Program-made: the position numbers and the translations under genes
Shown: positions 40,620 to 54,620 of the stretch, piece after piece
How positions within the stretch are numbered: position 1 is the first letter of the stretch
How the letters are laid out: the number at the start of each line of letters is the position of its first letter
Assembly (NCBI RefSeq): GCF_009914755.1
Contig: NC_060927.1
From: the human T2T-CHM13v2.0 reference genome, Homo sapiens
DNA length: 64,000 bases
Reading direction: 5' to 3' (one strand)
The notes under the pieces: generated by a model
What the model saw: only the letters and a program-made list of their open reading frames with translations
What the model was told of the DNA's origin: nothing
Databases searched by the model: none

Positions 40620-41649
40620 CCTAGAATATTTTTTGAAAGAAAGGAAGTACACATACTAAGAATGAGTTTTTTAAGTGATGAAATTATGAGTATTTTTTCC
40701 AGTAGTCTAGAATATAATGACTTTTGTATTATAAAGAAGAGGAAATACATTTTTAAAGGAAAAAGTATTACAGTGTGATATAATAAATGCTCTATGAAAG
40801 CACACAGGAAGGAGAAAGAAGTTGGGCCTGAGGAAGGAAGGTCAGAGAAAGCCTGACAGGCAATTATTTGATATTAACCCCAAGAGATGGGAATCATAGG
40901 CTTGAAAAGGACTGAGGATGTTCCTCTATCCTTCAAGCCCCAACCCTGACCCCAGCCCCTCTCCAGGGAACTGAGAGGCTGCAGCTGCATGCTCAGGTCC
41001 AGGGAAATGTCTTCCCTTCTCTGTGGCCTCCACCCATGATCAGGGCCTCCCTTTTGCTTCAGTAAGGGCAGGAAGACTGGTAACAAATAAAAAGTCATTA
41101 GGAAGGAGTTCACTTCTGGGTTTGGGCCAGTGGGTACCACTTCAGACTCTTATTGTTGCCAAAGCACATAATATGGCAAGACAATTGCTCTATCGCTGCA
41201 GAAGTTAGTGTCAGGGGCTTTACTATTAATGCCCACACAGCATGTGACCAACAGGTAGAGAAAAGCCTCTGTCAGTTCAATTACTCTGAAGGAGAGAGGG
41301 TCACCTTTCCAAAGCTGATGCAGAGTTCATTTTTCACGGTGAGCCGTGTTCATCACGGCAGCTCTGATCCCATCCTCCTTTGCAGTTCTTGTGGTTATCC
41401 CAGCCTTCTCTGATGGAACAAAAGAAGATGGCAAAAACTACACTGGCTCAAACCCATGGGCCATCCCCTCATACATTCTGAGTATGTCACAGGGAGGAAG
41501 TCTACTATGATAACATAGCACAGGTTTTGGAGTTAGGCATCAGGATTTGAATCCTGGCTCAATTGACTCAGCAGCTAACTGGCTTTGGGAAAGTTATTCC
41601 AGCTCTCTGGTGCTTCCTGTCTTCCTCTATAAGGTGGGAATAGTATTAA

Positions 41650-42046
<397 letters not shown>

Positions 42047-42211
42047 TATTAGTTTTTCTAATGAGAGACTTCCTATAGCAATGTCTATACAAGTTTAACA
42101 ACATTACCAATGAATTCTATCACTTTTCTTCCTTATTTAGCTAATGAGTATATATTTGTGTACATATATACAATATACATAAATATATACATATATATGT
42201 GTGTGTGTATA

Positions 42212-42594
42212 TATATTAGTCCATTCTCACACTGCTGTAAAGAACTACCTGAGACTGGGTAATTCATAAAGAAAAAGGGTTTAATTAACTCACAGTCCTG
42301 CAAGCTGTACAGGAAGCATGGCTGGAAGGCCTCAGGAAACTTAAAATCATGGTGGAAGATGAAGGTGAAGCAATTACCTCTTACCATGGCAGAGGAGGAA
42401 AGGGAGAGTGTGTGAAGGGGGAGGTGTTATACACTTTTAAACCAGATCTAGTGAGAACTCACTCACTATCATGAGAACAGCAAGGGGTAAATCTGCCCTC
42501 ATGATTTAGACACCTCCCATCAGATCCCTCCCCCAACACTGAGAAGTACAACAGGACATGAGATTTGGGTGAGGACATAGAGCCAAGCCATATC
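42212..42594 (-). mobile_element. THE1D/MSTA-type MaLR LTR
   Basis: attagtccattctcacactgct..aaagaactacctgagactgggtaatt...gaggcctcaggaaactta...catgagatttgggt...ccatatca. Confidence 0.88.
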
Positions 42595-43333
42595 AACATA
42601 CATAACTATATATATATATGTTATCTCTTTTGTTAGAATTATCTTGGTTGCAAATAACAGAAATTCAATGTTACCGGCTTAGAGACTCTCCCAAAAATAA
42701 GAGAATATTTATTGATTCACATATATGAAAACCCAGGGCAGTTTAGTTTCAAGCACAGCCATATCCTGTTACCCAAATAATACCATCACAAACTGGTCTC
42801 TCTTCAGGTTTTAATCTTTGTTTTTCTGTGTGGTTAAAATGAGTTAACATACATAACATGCTTAGAATACTGCTTAGCTCATAATAAGCACTCTATAAAT
42901 ATTTGCTACTATTATTTCATTTAATCCTCCCCACCATCCTATGAAGCATGTACTGTTATTATTCTATTTTTACAGATACAGAAACTGAGGTGATACAGCT
43001 ATTCAATAATGGAGCTCGGTCAGGCAGTCTGATTCAGAAGGCTTTTCTTGACCAATTCTCCAACCATCTCCTCACTGGGCTAGAAAGGAAGGTTGAGCCT
43101 TGACTGGAAAGGGCTAGGAAACACAACCCCTAAAGGACAGATTCTTTAAAAAGAAAGCATTCAAGCAAGAAAGCCTGGGCCCTTTGCACCCTGAAGGGTA
43201 GGTACCATCCTCTCAAATCCATTTTTTTTTTCTTTTTGAAAGTGAAAATAAGTTTCTACTTTTACAATTCATGCATGAATCCTATTAATCCTTCACAAAG
43301 GCAGCTTTACCCCCTCAAAAATTCCAGAGACAG

Positions 43334-43996
<663 letters not shown>

Positions 43997-43997
<1 letters not shown>

Positions 43998-44258
43998 AGG
44001 CCTACATCATGGCTGTTGTGGGCCCTTGGCACTCCTGCTTACATGACTTCCTTCCTCTATAAAAAAGCTATTGAAAATAAAAAATAAAAAAAGAACATTT
44101 TAAAGCTATTGAAAATTATATTTTATGATTCTGTTGATATAAAGACATGTCATCCAGACTGGATTATAATCTTTTTTTTCCAATTTCAAAAGAAATTAAA
44201 ATATTCCATGGGCCCTAGGCACTGCGCCTACTGTGCCTAATGGAGAGGTTGGCTCCAG
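43997..44258. mobile_element. hAT (Tip100-like) non-autonomous element
   Basis: End gggccctaggcactgcgcctactgtgcctaatgga resembles Tip100-family termini. Confidence 0.4.
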
Positions 44259-47200
44259 TTATTTTCTACAGGAGGCCATTCTAATGGATGCATCCTCTTC
44301 AACCCACAGGCCTAACTGACAGAAAATGAACAGGAGCTCCCTGGAAGGTGGGCTACTATCAAGTTAAAATCATGATCCTTGGATCAAATTTCCCAAACAG
44401 CCTGTTTCCATTACAGTGAGCTCAGCATCCTTGTCCCTAAGTAGATCCTATTTCCAAGTCACAGCTATGATGACAAGATAATAGAAAAAAATGGTGTATC
44501 TACTGTTGAATTAATGCCTAATTCATTTACTACTCACCACATTCCAGTGATGGGAGGCACAATGATCACATAGTTCATTAATAATTCTCCATTTCCTCTA
44601 TGTAAATATATCACTCTATACCTGGGAAGGAGAGGACATTTTCCATATGTTCTCTGCTCAGAAAGATCCTTTTTTTTTTTTTTTAAGAAAGATCACATTT
44701 TTGCTCCCAGTTGAAATTTGTTTTGTTTTTAAAGGAGATCTGAGAAGTTTTTGAATGACGAATACTGCCTTTAATTGGCAATTTGTTAAGTATCGATAAT
44801 ACTGAAGGTTATATTTAAGATTCTATTTGTTCACCCGGCCCTCAGTCTGTGGCCGTCTCATAGACCAGGCAGAAAGTAATAGAAAATGTGAAATTACACC
44901 GGGAAGAAGACAATGCTAGACAGCAGAAGTACTTTTAAATCTAAAATCAGCAGTTATTGATTTTCTGTTGGAGGTAAACATCTCATACTCTACCCAAATG
45001 TGGGACTGATGCTACTTCAGATTGTTTCTTTGCCTTTTTAGAAACTTCATTTCTAATTGCAAGTTAATGCCGAATTTAAATCTCTAAGCCCCTGAATTTT
45101 TCTGCACTTCTTCCCAGTTGGTTCTCTGATTGACTGGAGGAATGAGGAGGTTCTGCAAAGGACAAGGGAAGCTGAGAGTTTGCCCCTCAGTACCCTAAAT
45201 ATCAACCATAAAACTAATGAACTGTGGCAACTGAATTGTCTAAGTTCATTCCAAATTATGTCTTGGTAAAGTTCATCTTTGTTTTCAATTATCATCCTGG
45301 AATCATAAATGTCGAATCCAGGGTGCAGCTTCTCAGCTCTTTGAGTCTTGTTTGCATTCTTCTTACCGTTAAGCCTATGTAGTGGGTATGTTGTGGCCCA
45401 CTGCACTGGATACCCAAGGCAATGGGTACAAGTCCTCTTCTTAAAAATATCAACTTCGTTTTAAAGGAACAAATCTGAAACAGTCTCTGAAAAAAATTGC
45501 CGTGATTCAATGAATCTGCATTTTTGACATGTTGCTAAGGATCGTGTTTTTAAGTATATCCTCTTTAACTCTTCATAACCCAGTTATAAATCTTTTTTTC
45601 TTCATTCTCTTATGACTACATAACATTTACCCTGACAAGTTTATAAAGAATATTGAGGTTGATACTTGCTGGTCTTAGTAGAAATTAATCAAAATCCATC
45701 TGTTCCCTTCTCAGCCTGGACATTTTCATTACAACTAAACCAGGGATTATAGGATTCTTACATCTTCTTTTTTTCCCTACACAGTTCAGTTGATTTAGAA
45801 ACAATGATTAAAGCTGCTTACTTTAAGGAAGATTGTTTCCAATCTTCCCTTCTTGCAAGGCAGAGAAAGATGAAAGCGTCTCGATCCTGAAATATTTATA
45901 TCTAAGACTGGAAATCTGTATCAGAGGCATGACGAATGATTACAACCAAAGACTTTTTTATTTTAAAGTCATATTTCTTATCTTTACACTTTCACTTTCC
46001 TTACAAGTTTAAGGAAATAAATGCCAAATTCATTCACTGCCCCCCACCTCAAGTAGATAGATTTTCTACCTTCATTTAATTCTAAGTCCAGTGTGACATA
46101 ATAAAGAGACATGCAGAGAAAGATTACCTTTCTGACACTAACTATTTATAGGGATAAATATCAGTTATCCTTATGTGGCCTTAGAATGACTGCTTTCAAA
46201 GGAATGGAGAACACAACTAGGGGGAATGAATGTAAGCCTCCCACAAGGGGATACCTTGATCTGGGATTGAAGAAATCTTAAGAATTAGAAGTGATTACTA
46301 GAGAGTAATTCTAGGTTTACCCAGCCTCAGACAGGTGCTCTAATTAACTATTCTCATTCTTCTTCTTTTTTTCTATCTAGTTTTCATGCTTTTTCCTCCT
46401 CTCATGCCCTTATAATTGAGGTAAAATGCTCAGATGAGCATTGACAAATGTATACACCCATGCAACCACACCCCAGTCAGGATCTAGAACATTCCGTACT
46501 CAATTTTGGGGGAGCTGTTTTTAAAAATGAGTATTATTACAGTCCTCTGCTAGTAGGAATGAACTCCTCTCTAAATACCAGGAAAAAAATAAAATAAAAC
46601 TGAAGGACTGTGAGTTGGTCCCCTACGGAGCCAAATGCTGTTTGAAACCAATCTGTGTCATGGGCCTTTTAACAACATAACAAAAAGAGGAACTGATCTT
46701 GACCAGCAGGCAAAGGGTTGGCGTCATGGCCCAAACATCAGATTAGAAACACAATGATTCCCTGGGACTGGACACTAAATCCTGGCAGACAACGCAGCCT
46801 TTCATCTTCTAAAATGGATAAATTGAATGAAGCAAGGCCAATTCTGGGCCAAGCTGTTGGATGAGATTTTTTTTTTAAGTTCCTAACTGTTCTACATAGA
46901 CATTAAAACATCCATTACAGCAGACCTAGAAACCGTCCTTCTGTCCTTGACATTTCCTCCTTCCTCACTTGTTCCTTTGCAACAGGAAGCCAGCTATTTG
47001 CCTTAGTTCCTAGCTCTCTGTTCACTGCACCTCAGGGGTGCTTCCTTTTACGGCAGGATCCCCCTAGATAAAAGGAAAATTATAAACACTCATCCTTAGA
47101 AATTTGGAAGGGAATATATATACAGCCTAAGGAGTGCAAAAGGCTCTGCACTTCATTCAGCTATCGCTGCTCAGGGACTCTAAGTACAAAAATAAAGATG

Positions 47201-47455
47201 AACTGGCTGGAAAGTATAATAAAGGGAGCTGAATTACAGGGAGTTGTTTTTGTTTTTTAGCAAGAGTTCTGTACTGGCAAGTTTTATCGTCACTGTATTG
47301 TGATACCACAGTGGACTGAAGGATCTCTGAAGCCAGGCTATTTGGGTTCAAGTCCTGACCCTGCCACACCTCTGATACATGACTTGGAACAAACTATTTA
47401 TTTTTCTGTGATTTTCTTTTCACTTCTGTAATGTGGACAGTAATAATACCTAGCT

Positions 47456-47792
47456 CAAGGGTCAATGAACTTATTCTGTAAAACGCCAGATACGAAATAC
47501 CTTAGGCTTTGCAGGCCATGGGCTCAGCAGCAACTGCTCAGCTCCATCTTGTAGCATGAAGCAGCCACAGGCAATATGTAAGCCAATGGGTGTGGACATG
47601 TCCCAATCAAACTTGCTGAATAGACTCTGACATTTGAATCTCATATCATATTCACTTGTCAAGAAATATCCTTGTTTTGACCTTTTTTTCAACCACTTAA
47701 AAATGTAAACAATATTCTTAGCTCACAGGCTGTACAAAAACAAGTAGTAGCCACATTTGGCCATTGGGCCATATCAAGCTGGTCAACTCCTG
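47456..47792 (-). mobile_element. MER58B-like element inserted in a MIR (MIR ~47320-47455 and ~47793-47890)
   Basis: ggggtcaatgaacttattctgtaaaacgccagat...ggctttgcaggccat...gtcaactcctg; MIR continues on both sides. Confidence 0.75.
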
Positions 47793-48551
47793 ACGTAGTC
47801 CGCAAGGTTGAGTATAACACATGTAAGGCTCTTAGATAAGTGCCTGACGCAACATAAGGACTACTTCCATGTTGTTATTTATTATTATTATCTAGCGGAC
47901 CATGATGAATGCTATACTCTCCAGAGATCTGGTATCAGTATTATTTCCCAGAAAGTCAACCTTATGGGCTTCTAGTTTTGAGAAAAAGAGATGGAGGTCC
48001 TAAGAGAGAAAATGATCTTAGTGTCTTCCTCCAATATCTAAGAAAGATATAGTGAACACTCTCCCCAGATATGGATCCAACATACAGAGTGTGCCATTGT
48101 ATAGATCTTATCATTTGGGGAATGATTTTTTAAAGCCATTGCTGTCCATTTTTGCACATTAAATCCCACAAAGAGATTTATTTACAACATTAAATCATTT
48201 CTTTGTGCTGCCTGGCTACATTTTTAACTATTGAAATATTCATCACACACTCTAAGAACCTAATGCCAAGTGTTTTATGACCTTTTAAAGGATGGCTTCT
48301 TTAAAAAATCACCTTCAAATGTGGATGTCAGTTTCCAAGTGGGGCTAAGGAAGAGCAGCCTATTGTCAAATATCAAGGAGATAAACAAGAGATCATTGCC
48401 CACAAAAATACCACCAGAGATGGGCTGATCAAACAGAAATGTACGTAATGTGTAAAGCTGTGGATTAGGGAGGTAGGGATGGGAAGTGAGCAGGAGTTTG
48501 GGGCAAAATTTGTTTGCTCTTTAGAATGAGAAACACACTCAACTGTCCACA

Positions 48552-48758
48552 GCAATGGTTCTCAATAGAGGGCAATTTGGGGCCCTAGGAGACATTTGGC
48601 AATGTCTGTAGACATTTTTGATTGTCAGGGGTTACTGCTGGCATCTAGTGGTTAGAGGTCAGAGATGCTGCTAAACAACTTGCAAAGCACAGCACAGCCT
48701 CCACAAGAGGGAATTATCTGGCCCAAAATGGTCAATAGTGCCAAAGTAGAAAAATCTT
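48552..48758 (-). mobile_element. MER20
   Basis: atggttctcaa...gacatttggcaatgtctgtagacatttttgattgtc...ctggcatctagtgg...aattatctggcccaaaatg. Confidence 0.85.
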
Positions 48759-49774
48759 ATAGACTCAGGAACTACCACGGCTGACCCCCACCTCACGCCT
48801 GACTTTATTTTGCTGTTACTTCGAATTTGCTATTACAGGCATGTGTCAAACAACTAAAGATAAACACTAGAAAGCATCCCTCACTATGTTCCTCTGAAGG
48901 ATCACAATTCAATTTGAACTCTCCATCCACCCACTTTTTCAAAGGCATCATGATGGAAAAATTGCAAGATTGGTGTTCATTTAAACTACACAAATTAATT
49001 CAATTACTCTGAAGAAAACTGGTACCAGATCACCAGATTGCTGAGCAACTGATGCTAATTTTATAATTCAATTTACTAATGAGGTAATGTGACAAATGTT
49101 TAAAAGCTAGTCATCTGTAGCTAGAACCAAGTCATCCAAGGAAGTTCGTACCTGCTGTGTATTTGGATACAAATCTCTTTGTTCTTGACCAAAATGAATC
49201 TGTTCAATTTCCTTAAGTAAATAAAGCTCTTTAGACCAACACAAGGTGAAAGAAGAGGTGAAAATGAACTTCCATTCTTTTGCAAAGAATCAAAATACTA
49301 AATAAGCAGAAAAAACTAATGAAAAGCTTCTGAATCAACTTATGGAGAGTTAAAATAATTCTGATTAATCTTAACTTAAAATTATAAGTACGCTAATTAA
49401 TTTTGTATATTTAACACTGTTTTAAAACTTTGTCAGTTTAAAACTTTCGTTTTATAATGAAATTCTATTTATTCTATTTAAATTAAACTTAAATATTTAA
49501 ACTTAAAATGTAGAGTGCTTTACAATTCTATTTAAATTCATCTATATTTGTAGAGTGCTTTATAATTTATGAAGTGCATTCACATATATTATCTCACTTG
49601 AGCTCTAAAATAATTCTGAGAAGCAGGGATGACACGTATTATTATCCTTGATTTACAGATGGAAACACGGGTTTGAATACATCATATAGGTCTTTCTGGC
49701 TTAACAGAGGACTCTACTGATGCTATAATGTTTTACAAAATTGGATTACGAGGGAATATGGTACAAACAACTGT

Positions 49775-50335
49775 TTCTCTTCTCTATTGCTGAGTAAACA
49801 ACCCGACACTCAGTGATTTAAAACAACAAACATTTTGTTGTGTTTCACAACTTAGTGGGGCATGAATTCAGGCAGAGCTCCGATAAGCAATTCTTGTGCT
49901 CCATATGGCGACTGTTGACTGGGACCACAGGAATTGCTCTGTGGTGTTCAGCTGGTAGCTGGTTTGGAGGGTCAAGACAGCTTTACTCACACATCTGGTG
50001 CCCTGGTGAGACAGCTGGAAGGCTAGGCTCAGTTGGGTCTCTCTCTCTCTCTCTACATGGGTCCAAGGGCCACATAGTCTCTCCAGCAGGGTAGTCAGAT
50101 TTCTCAATGGTGGCTCGGGCACCAACAGCAAATACTCCAAACAACAGGAAAGGGAAGCTGCCAGTCTTTTGATGCCTGAGCCTGGGTACTGGCCCAGGGT
50201 CACTTCTGCCATATTGAATTGGTGAAAGCATCCATGGAGCCCTCCAAGAATTAAGAGGTGGGAGGGCAAGAAATACACTCCACCTGTACATGGAAAGAAT
50301 GTCAAGAAATTTATGGCTATCTTTAATCTGCCACT
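49775..50335 (-). mobile_element. MLT1H/I-like MaLR LTR
   Basis: ctattgctgagtaaacaacccgacactcagtgatttaaaacaac...ggtcacttctgccatatt...ggctatctttaatctgccac. Confidence 0.8.
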
Positions 50336-50559
50336 TGACCTTAAGAATCTCTTCCAACTCAAATATCGAATGATAGCCCAATGACACTGATTTCTTCCCT
50401 GACCTTGGGCATGATTCTTCTCGAAAAAAAAAAAAGCAAAAAAAAAAAAAAAGCTTATACCAGGGGAAAGTCCAAACCAGAGAGGGCTGATGTAAGCAGT
50501 GCTCAGCACCTGTGTGTTCACCTGTATTCTTCGTTGATTTACTGCTGTCTTTGATCGTG

Positions 50560-51060
50560 TCCATTCCTGTGGCTTCAGCTACCATTTCCATGCCCATGAC
50601 ATCCATTCTCCTGAGCTCCAAGACTGAGTTCACCACAAATATTCATTTGGATACCTCACAGGCACCTCAAATTCAGCACATCCCAAATGGAACTTGCCAT
50701 CTTTCCTTCCAAACCTGCCTGTCTTTTGCCTTTGCTATCTCAGCAAGCTATGCAACCATCCACCATGTTTCCGAAATCTGTACCCTGAGTAGCATCCTTA
50801 TCTCCTACTTCTCCCTCACCCTCTGCAGCCAACTGATAACAAAGGCCTGTCAATTCTAACTGCTATTATCTACCACGTTATTCTGTCCTCGCTGTCACTC
50901 TTCTGCTTCATGGACTTCTACACTCTTCTCCTTACTATTTCCCCTACAGTCCAGAGTGACCTTTCTCAAATCTAAATATGATTATGTTGCTTCCCATTTT
51001 AGTTGGAAGGCATACTGTTGAGGATAAAATCTAAACTCCTTAATGTGATTTATAAGTGTT
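50560..51060 (+). mobile_element. L2
   Basis: cacctcaaattcagcacatcccaaatggaac...cagagtgacctttctcaaatctaaatatgattatg...ggataaaatctaaactcctt. Confidence 0.7.
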
Positions 51061-52099
51061 GTTCTTGTGTGATTTGATTTAAAGACATCAAATGCCCTCC
51101 TGCCCCACACATTTCTCTCCCTAGCATTGCCAATAAAATGTCCATATTATCCATTCCTTCTAGTTAAGGCACCTGAAGTCCTTGTTAGTTGCAAATGGTA
51201 TCTGAGAGGCATGGCCCCAGTTAAGCCGTTAGCAGCCATTAACTCCTTTATGCCATTCATGAAAGTATCCTCTGTGGCTATTCAGTCCTTTTGAAACTGG
51301 TCATAGGATAGATAAGTTTTCAAAAAAGGCAAGGGTTGTCTAAGTTAGTGTCTGGAGCCATTTCTGATACATTCAAATAAAAGTAATTTGCTGGTGAACA
51401 TAAAACATACAAGCATCTGGAAAGATTCTGTATTGTGAAATTATTCTGCATGCCATTTTTTTGATGAAGAATTAAAAAGTTATTGATATCAGTAAAAAAA
51501 GAAAAAAGAAGAAGAAGGAGGTGGCCAGTGGCCAGTGTAAATAGCCATTTAGGATCCAAAATTTCAAAATAATTTAGCCAGTTTCATTTGATAAGATTAG
51601 CATAATAGAGCACCAATTAAATCCCCCCAAAACTAAATTCCAAGAGATGACTTAAATATATCGGTCACATATAAATTTGTGATATCAATCATTTCTGGAA
51701 ATAAGGGATCCATCAGGCAAGACTTAAAAATTGTTTCCATATACAGCTCAACTTCTCCATTATAGTAGTATTTGTTACTATGATAGAATTTGACCTTTAA
51801 TAGAATTTAACATTTGTGAAACTCAAGTTCTGTCTCTTCCTCATCAATCTTCTACTGATGTTTCACTTCCCCAAGTTCTTATCCTATTGCCTAGAAGCAG
51901 AACACTGACAAGTGACCACCACCATCAGACACTCACGTCCTTACTCTCCCCCATGCCTGAACGTTGGCTGTCTGCGCTGATGCTCCTTCATCATGTATAT
52001 CTTACTTCACCCATCTTTTTCAAATACATCTGCCACATTTTCCACCTTCATCTCTCCCAGCAGCTTCTTAAGCCCCCACATCTTTTTTTTTTCAGGCTT

Positions 52100-52468
52100 G
52101 AAATTTTTGATATTTTGTTTTTTTTTTTTTAATTTCAATAGTTCTTGAAGAACAAGTGATGTTTGGTTGCATGGAAAAGTTCTTTAGTGGTGATTTCTGC
52201 GATGTTGGTGCATCTGTCACCCAAGCAGTGTACACTGTACCTAAAGTGTAGTCTTTTATCCCTCACCCCCCTCCTGCCCTTCCCCCTGAGTCCCCAAAGT
52301 CCACTGTATCATCCTTATGCCTTTGCATCCTCATAGCTTAGCTCCTACTTATAAGCAAGAACATACGATGTTTGGTTTTCCATTTCTGAGTTACTTCACT
52401 TAGAATAATGGTCTCCAACTCCAACCAGGTTTCTGTGAATGCCATTATATTGTTCATTTTTATGGTTA
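52100..52468 (-). mobile_element. L1MA-type 3' end
   Basis: gtgtagtcttttatccctcacccc...cctttgcatcctcatagcttagctcc...gagttacttcacttagaataatggtctcca. Confidence 0.85.
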
Positions 52469-53004
52469 AGTCCCTACATCTTATTACTCCACTTTTCAAT
52501 GCTCCTGTGTCATTTACCTATAAAATCTGAATTCCAATGATGATAATGGCAATGATGATTATTTAGATTATTTAAATTTTTTCATCACTTTGATGTTATG
52601 TTATCTTGAACTATCTCCTATAATCCTTGTATCACCACTATGATGTCTAAGTATCTCATTTACAGAAGAGGAAACTGAGACTTAGAGAAGTCAAATGATT
52701 TTTCTGAGGTTCTATAATTAATCATGTTTTCCAAAGATATTCTGATAAGGCTGGATCAAAAAACTAAACTGGGATCAATCTGTCAAAATCACCTTTCCGT
52801 ACACTAAAATATTTATGAATAAAATGATATGTCATTGAGAATTTCCTTCAGAATAATCCAGTGCAGGAGGGAGTGGAGTATAGATAAAATAAGAGTGACC
52901 ATATATTGATGACTTGTGAGTGAGTGATGGGTATGTGGGCGCCCATTGTACTATTCACTCTACTTTTGCGTATCTTGGAAGCTAACCATATAAAAAGGTT
53001 TTGG

Positions 53005-53310
53005 GATTTTTTTGTTTTGTTTTGTTTTGAGACAGAATCTCATTCTATCACCCAGGCTGGAGTGCAGTGGTGCAATCATGGCTCAGTGCAGCCTTGACTT
53101 CTCGGGCCCGTGGATCCTCTCTGCTCAGCCTCCTGAGTAGCTGGGACTGTAGTCATGCCAACATGCCCGGCTAATTTTTTCATATTTTTTGTAGAGATGG
53201 GGTTTTGCCACGTTTCCCAGGCTGGTCTCGAACTCCCAGGCTCAAGCAATCTGCTCACTTTGGCCTCCCAAAGTGTTGGGATTACAAGAGCAATCCACTG
53301 TGCCTGGCCC
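53005..53310 (-). mobile_element. AluJ
   Basis: Antisense Alu; TSD taaaaaggttttt on both sides. Confidence 0.9.
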
Positions 53311-54011
53311 CTAAAAAGGTTTTTTAATGTCATCTTTTTTATGCAATTACAAACAATCCAAGTCCACTGATCAGTATTGCTATTCAATGTTTGTAGATAA
53401 TTTTGAAAATGTTTCATTATGTGTCTAGGTTATAAATATCTAACATAAGAAGAGCACTTCAGCTTTAAATACAAAGGTCCCATTTTTGTCACACAAGTTT
53501 TTTTTTTTTGTTCTAAACCTCTATGATATGCATTGCATACTTACCTTAGTGGAAGAAACAATTACCCAAGCACTGTGTCCAACTGCATGGTGTTATCTTT
53601 TAATTAACCTGTGTAGCCCTTTTTACTTAACCTAGTTTGAGAAGTGACAGCCACTGAGCTGTCTAAATAATGTACGCCACTGCTCTTTTATTTGATCTAT
53701 TCAATCAAAAACAATAGTTCCTGGTGTGTGGTCCAGCCCTGTAGAGCTAGATATACTTTCTATTCAGTCATGATCCTTGTCTTGTACATCAGCGTTGAAA
53801 CTTGCCTTGCTAACCAGAGTATTTAGAATTGTTTCAATATAGGAAACCAGATTGATCCCATATGTGAAATCTTTTCCATATTTCACACAATATTTTGTGT
53901 AAAAGCTATTCTGCTACTCTGCGTCCATCAACTTAGAATATCCAGTGAATAAGGGGGGGGTAATTGGATGCTCACATTTCTGCTGAGGGGTTAGATTAAA
54001 AGTGCCACATT

Positions 54012-54313
54012 GGCTGGGTGTAGTGGCTCACGCCTGTAATCCCAACACTTTGGGAGGCCAAGGCGGGAGGAACACCTGACATCAGAAGGTCGAGAGCAGT
54101 CTGACCGACATGGTGAAACCCCATCTCTACTAAAAATATAAAAATTAGCCAGGCATGGTGGTGCATGCCTGTAGTCTCAGCTACTCAGGAGGCTGAGGCA
54201 GGAGAATTACTTGGACCCAGGAAGTAGAGGTTGCAGTAAGCTGAGATCACACCACTGCACTCCAACCTAAGTGACAGAGTGAGACTCTATCTCTCAAAAA
54301 AAAAAAAAAAAAA
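54012..54313 (+). mobile_element. AluS
   Basis: TSD aaaagtgccacatt. Confidence 0.92.
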
Positions 54314-54319
54314 AGTGCC

Positions 54320-54620
54320 ACATTTCTGGATGGAAATTTAAATTTATCAATATGTGATCAAATCCCTAAGAGTGTGCATGCCCTGGAACCCAGTAGTGCC
54401 ATATCTAGGAATTTATCCTAAGGAAGTAACTGGACAGATGCACAAAGATTTTTATGCAAGGATATTGAGGGCAGTTGTTTTTTTAATAGTAAATACAAAG
54501 AGTCTAACTGTCCAACAATATGGGATTGGCTTAATGAAATTATCCACAGAAATTTAAAATGTTGATGCAAATAATTGTATGGTAGTGGAGAGGTATTCAT
54601 TAAATCCTGTTAGTAAACAG
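54320..54620 (+). mobile_element. Old L1ME 3' region
   Basis: acccagtagtgccatatctaggaatttatcctaaggaa...tgcaaggatatt. Confidence 0.6.

Noticed and set aside
49509-49567. 19-bp direct repeat tgtagagtgcttta(c/t)aatt with a 40-bp period
   Set aside because: AT-rich local duplication with nothing suggesting function
49868-50636. Two overlapping 217-aa minus-strand ORFs
   Set aside because: Non-ATG starts; lie largely within an MLT1 LTR and cross poly(A)-derived F runs; no protein-like homology
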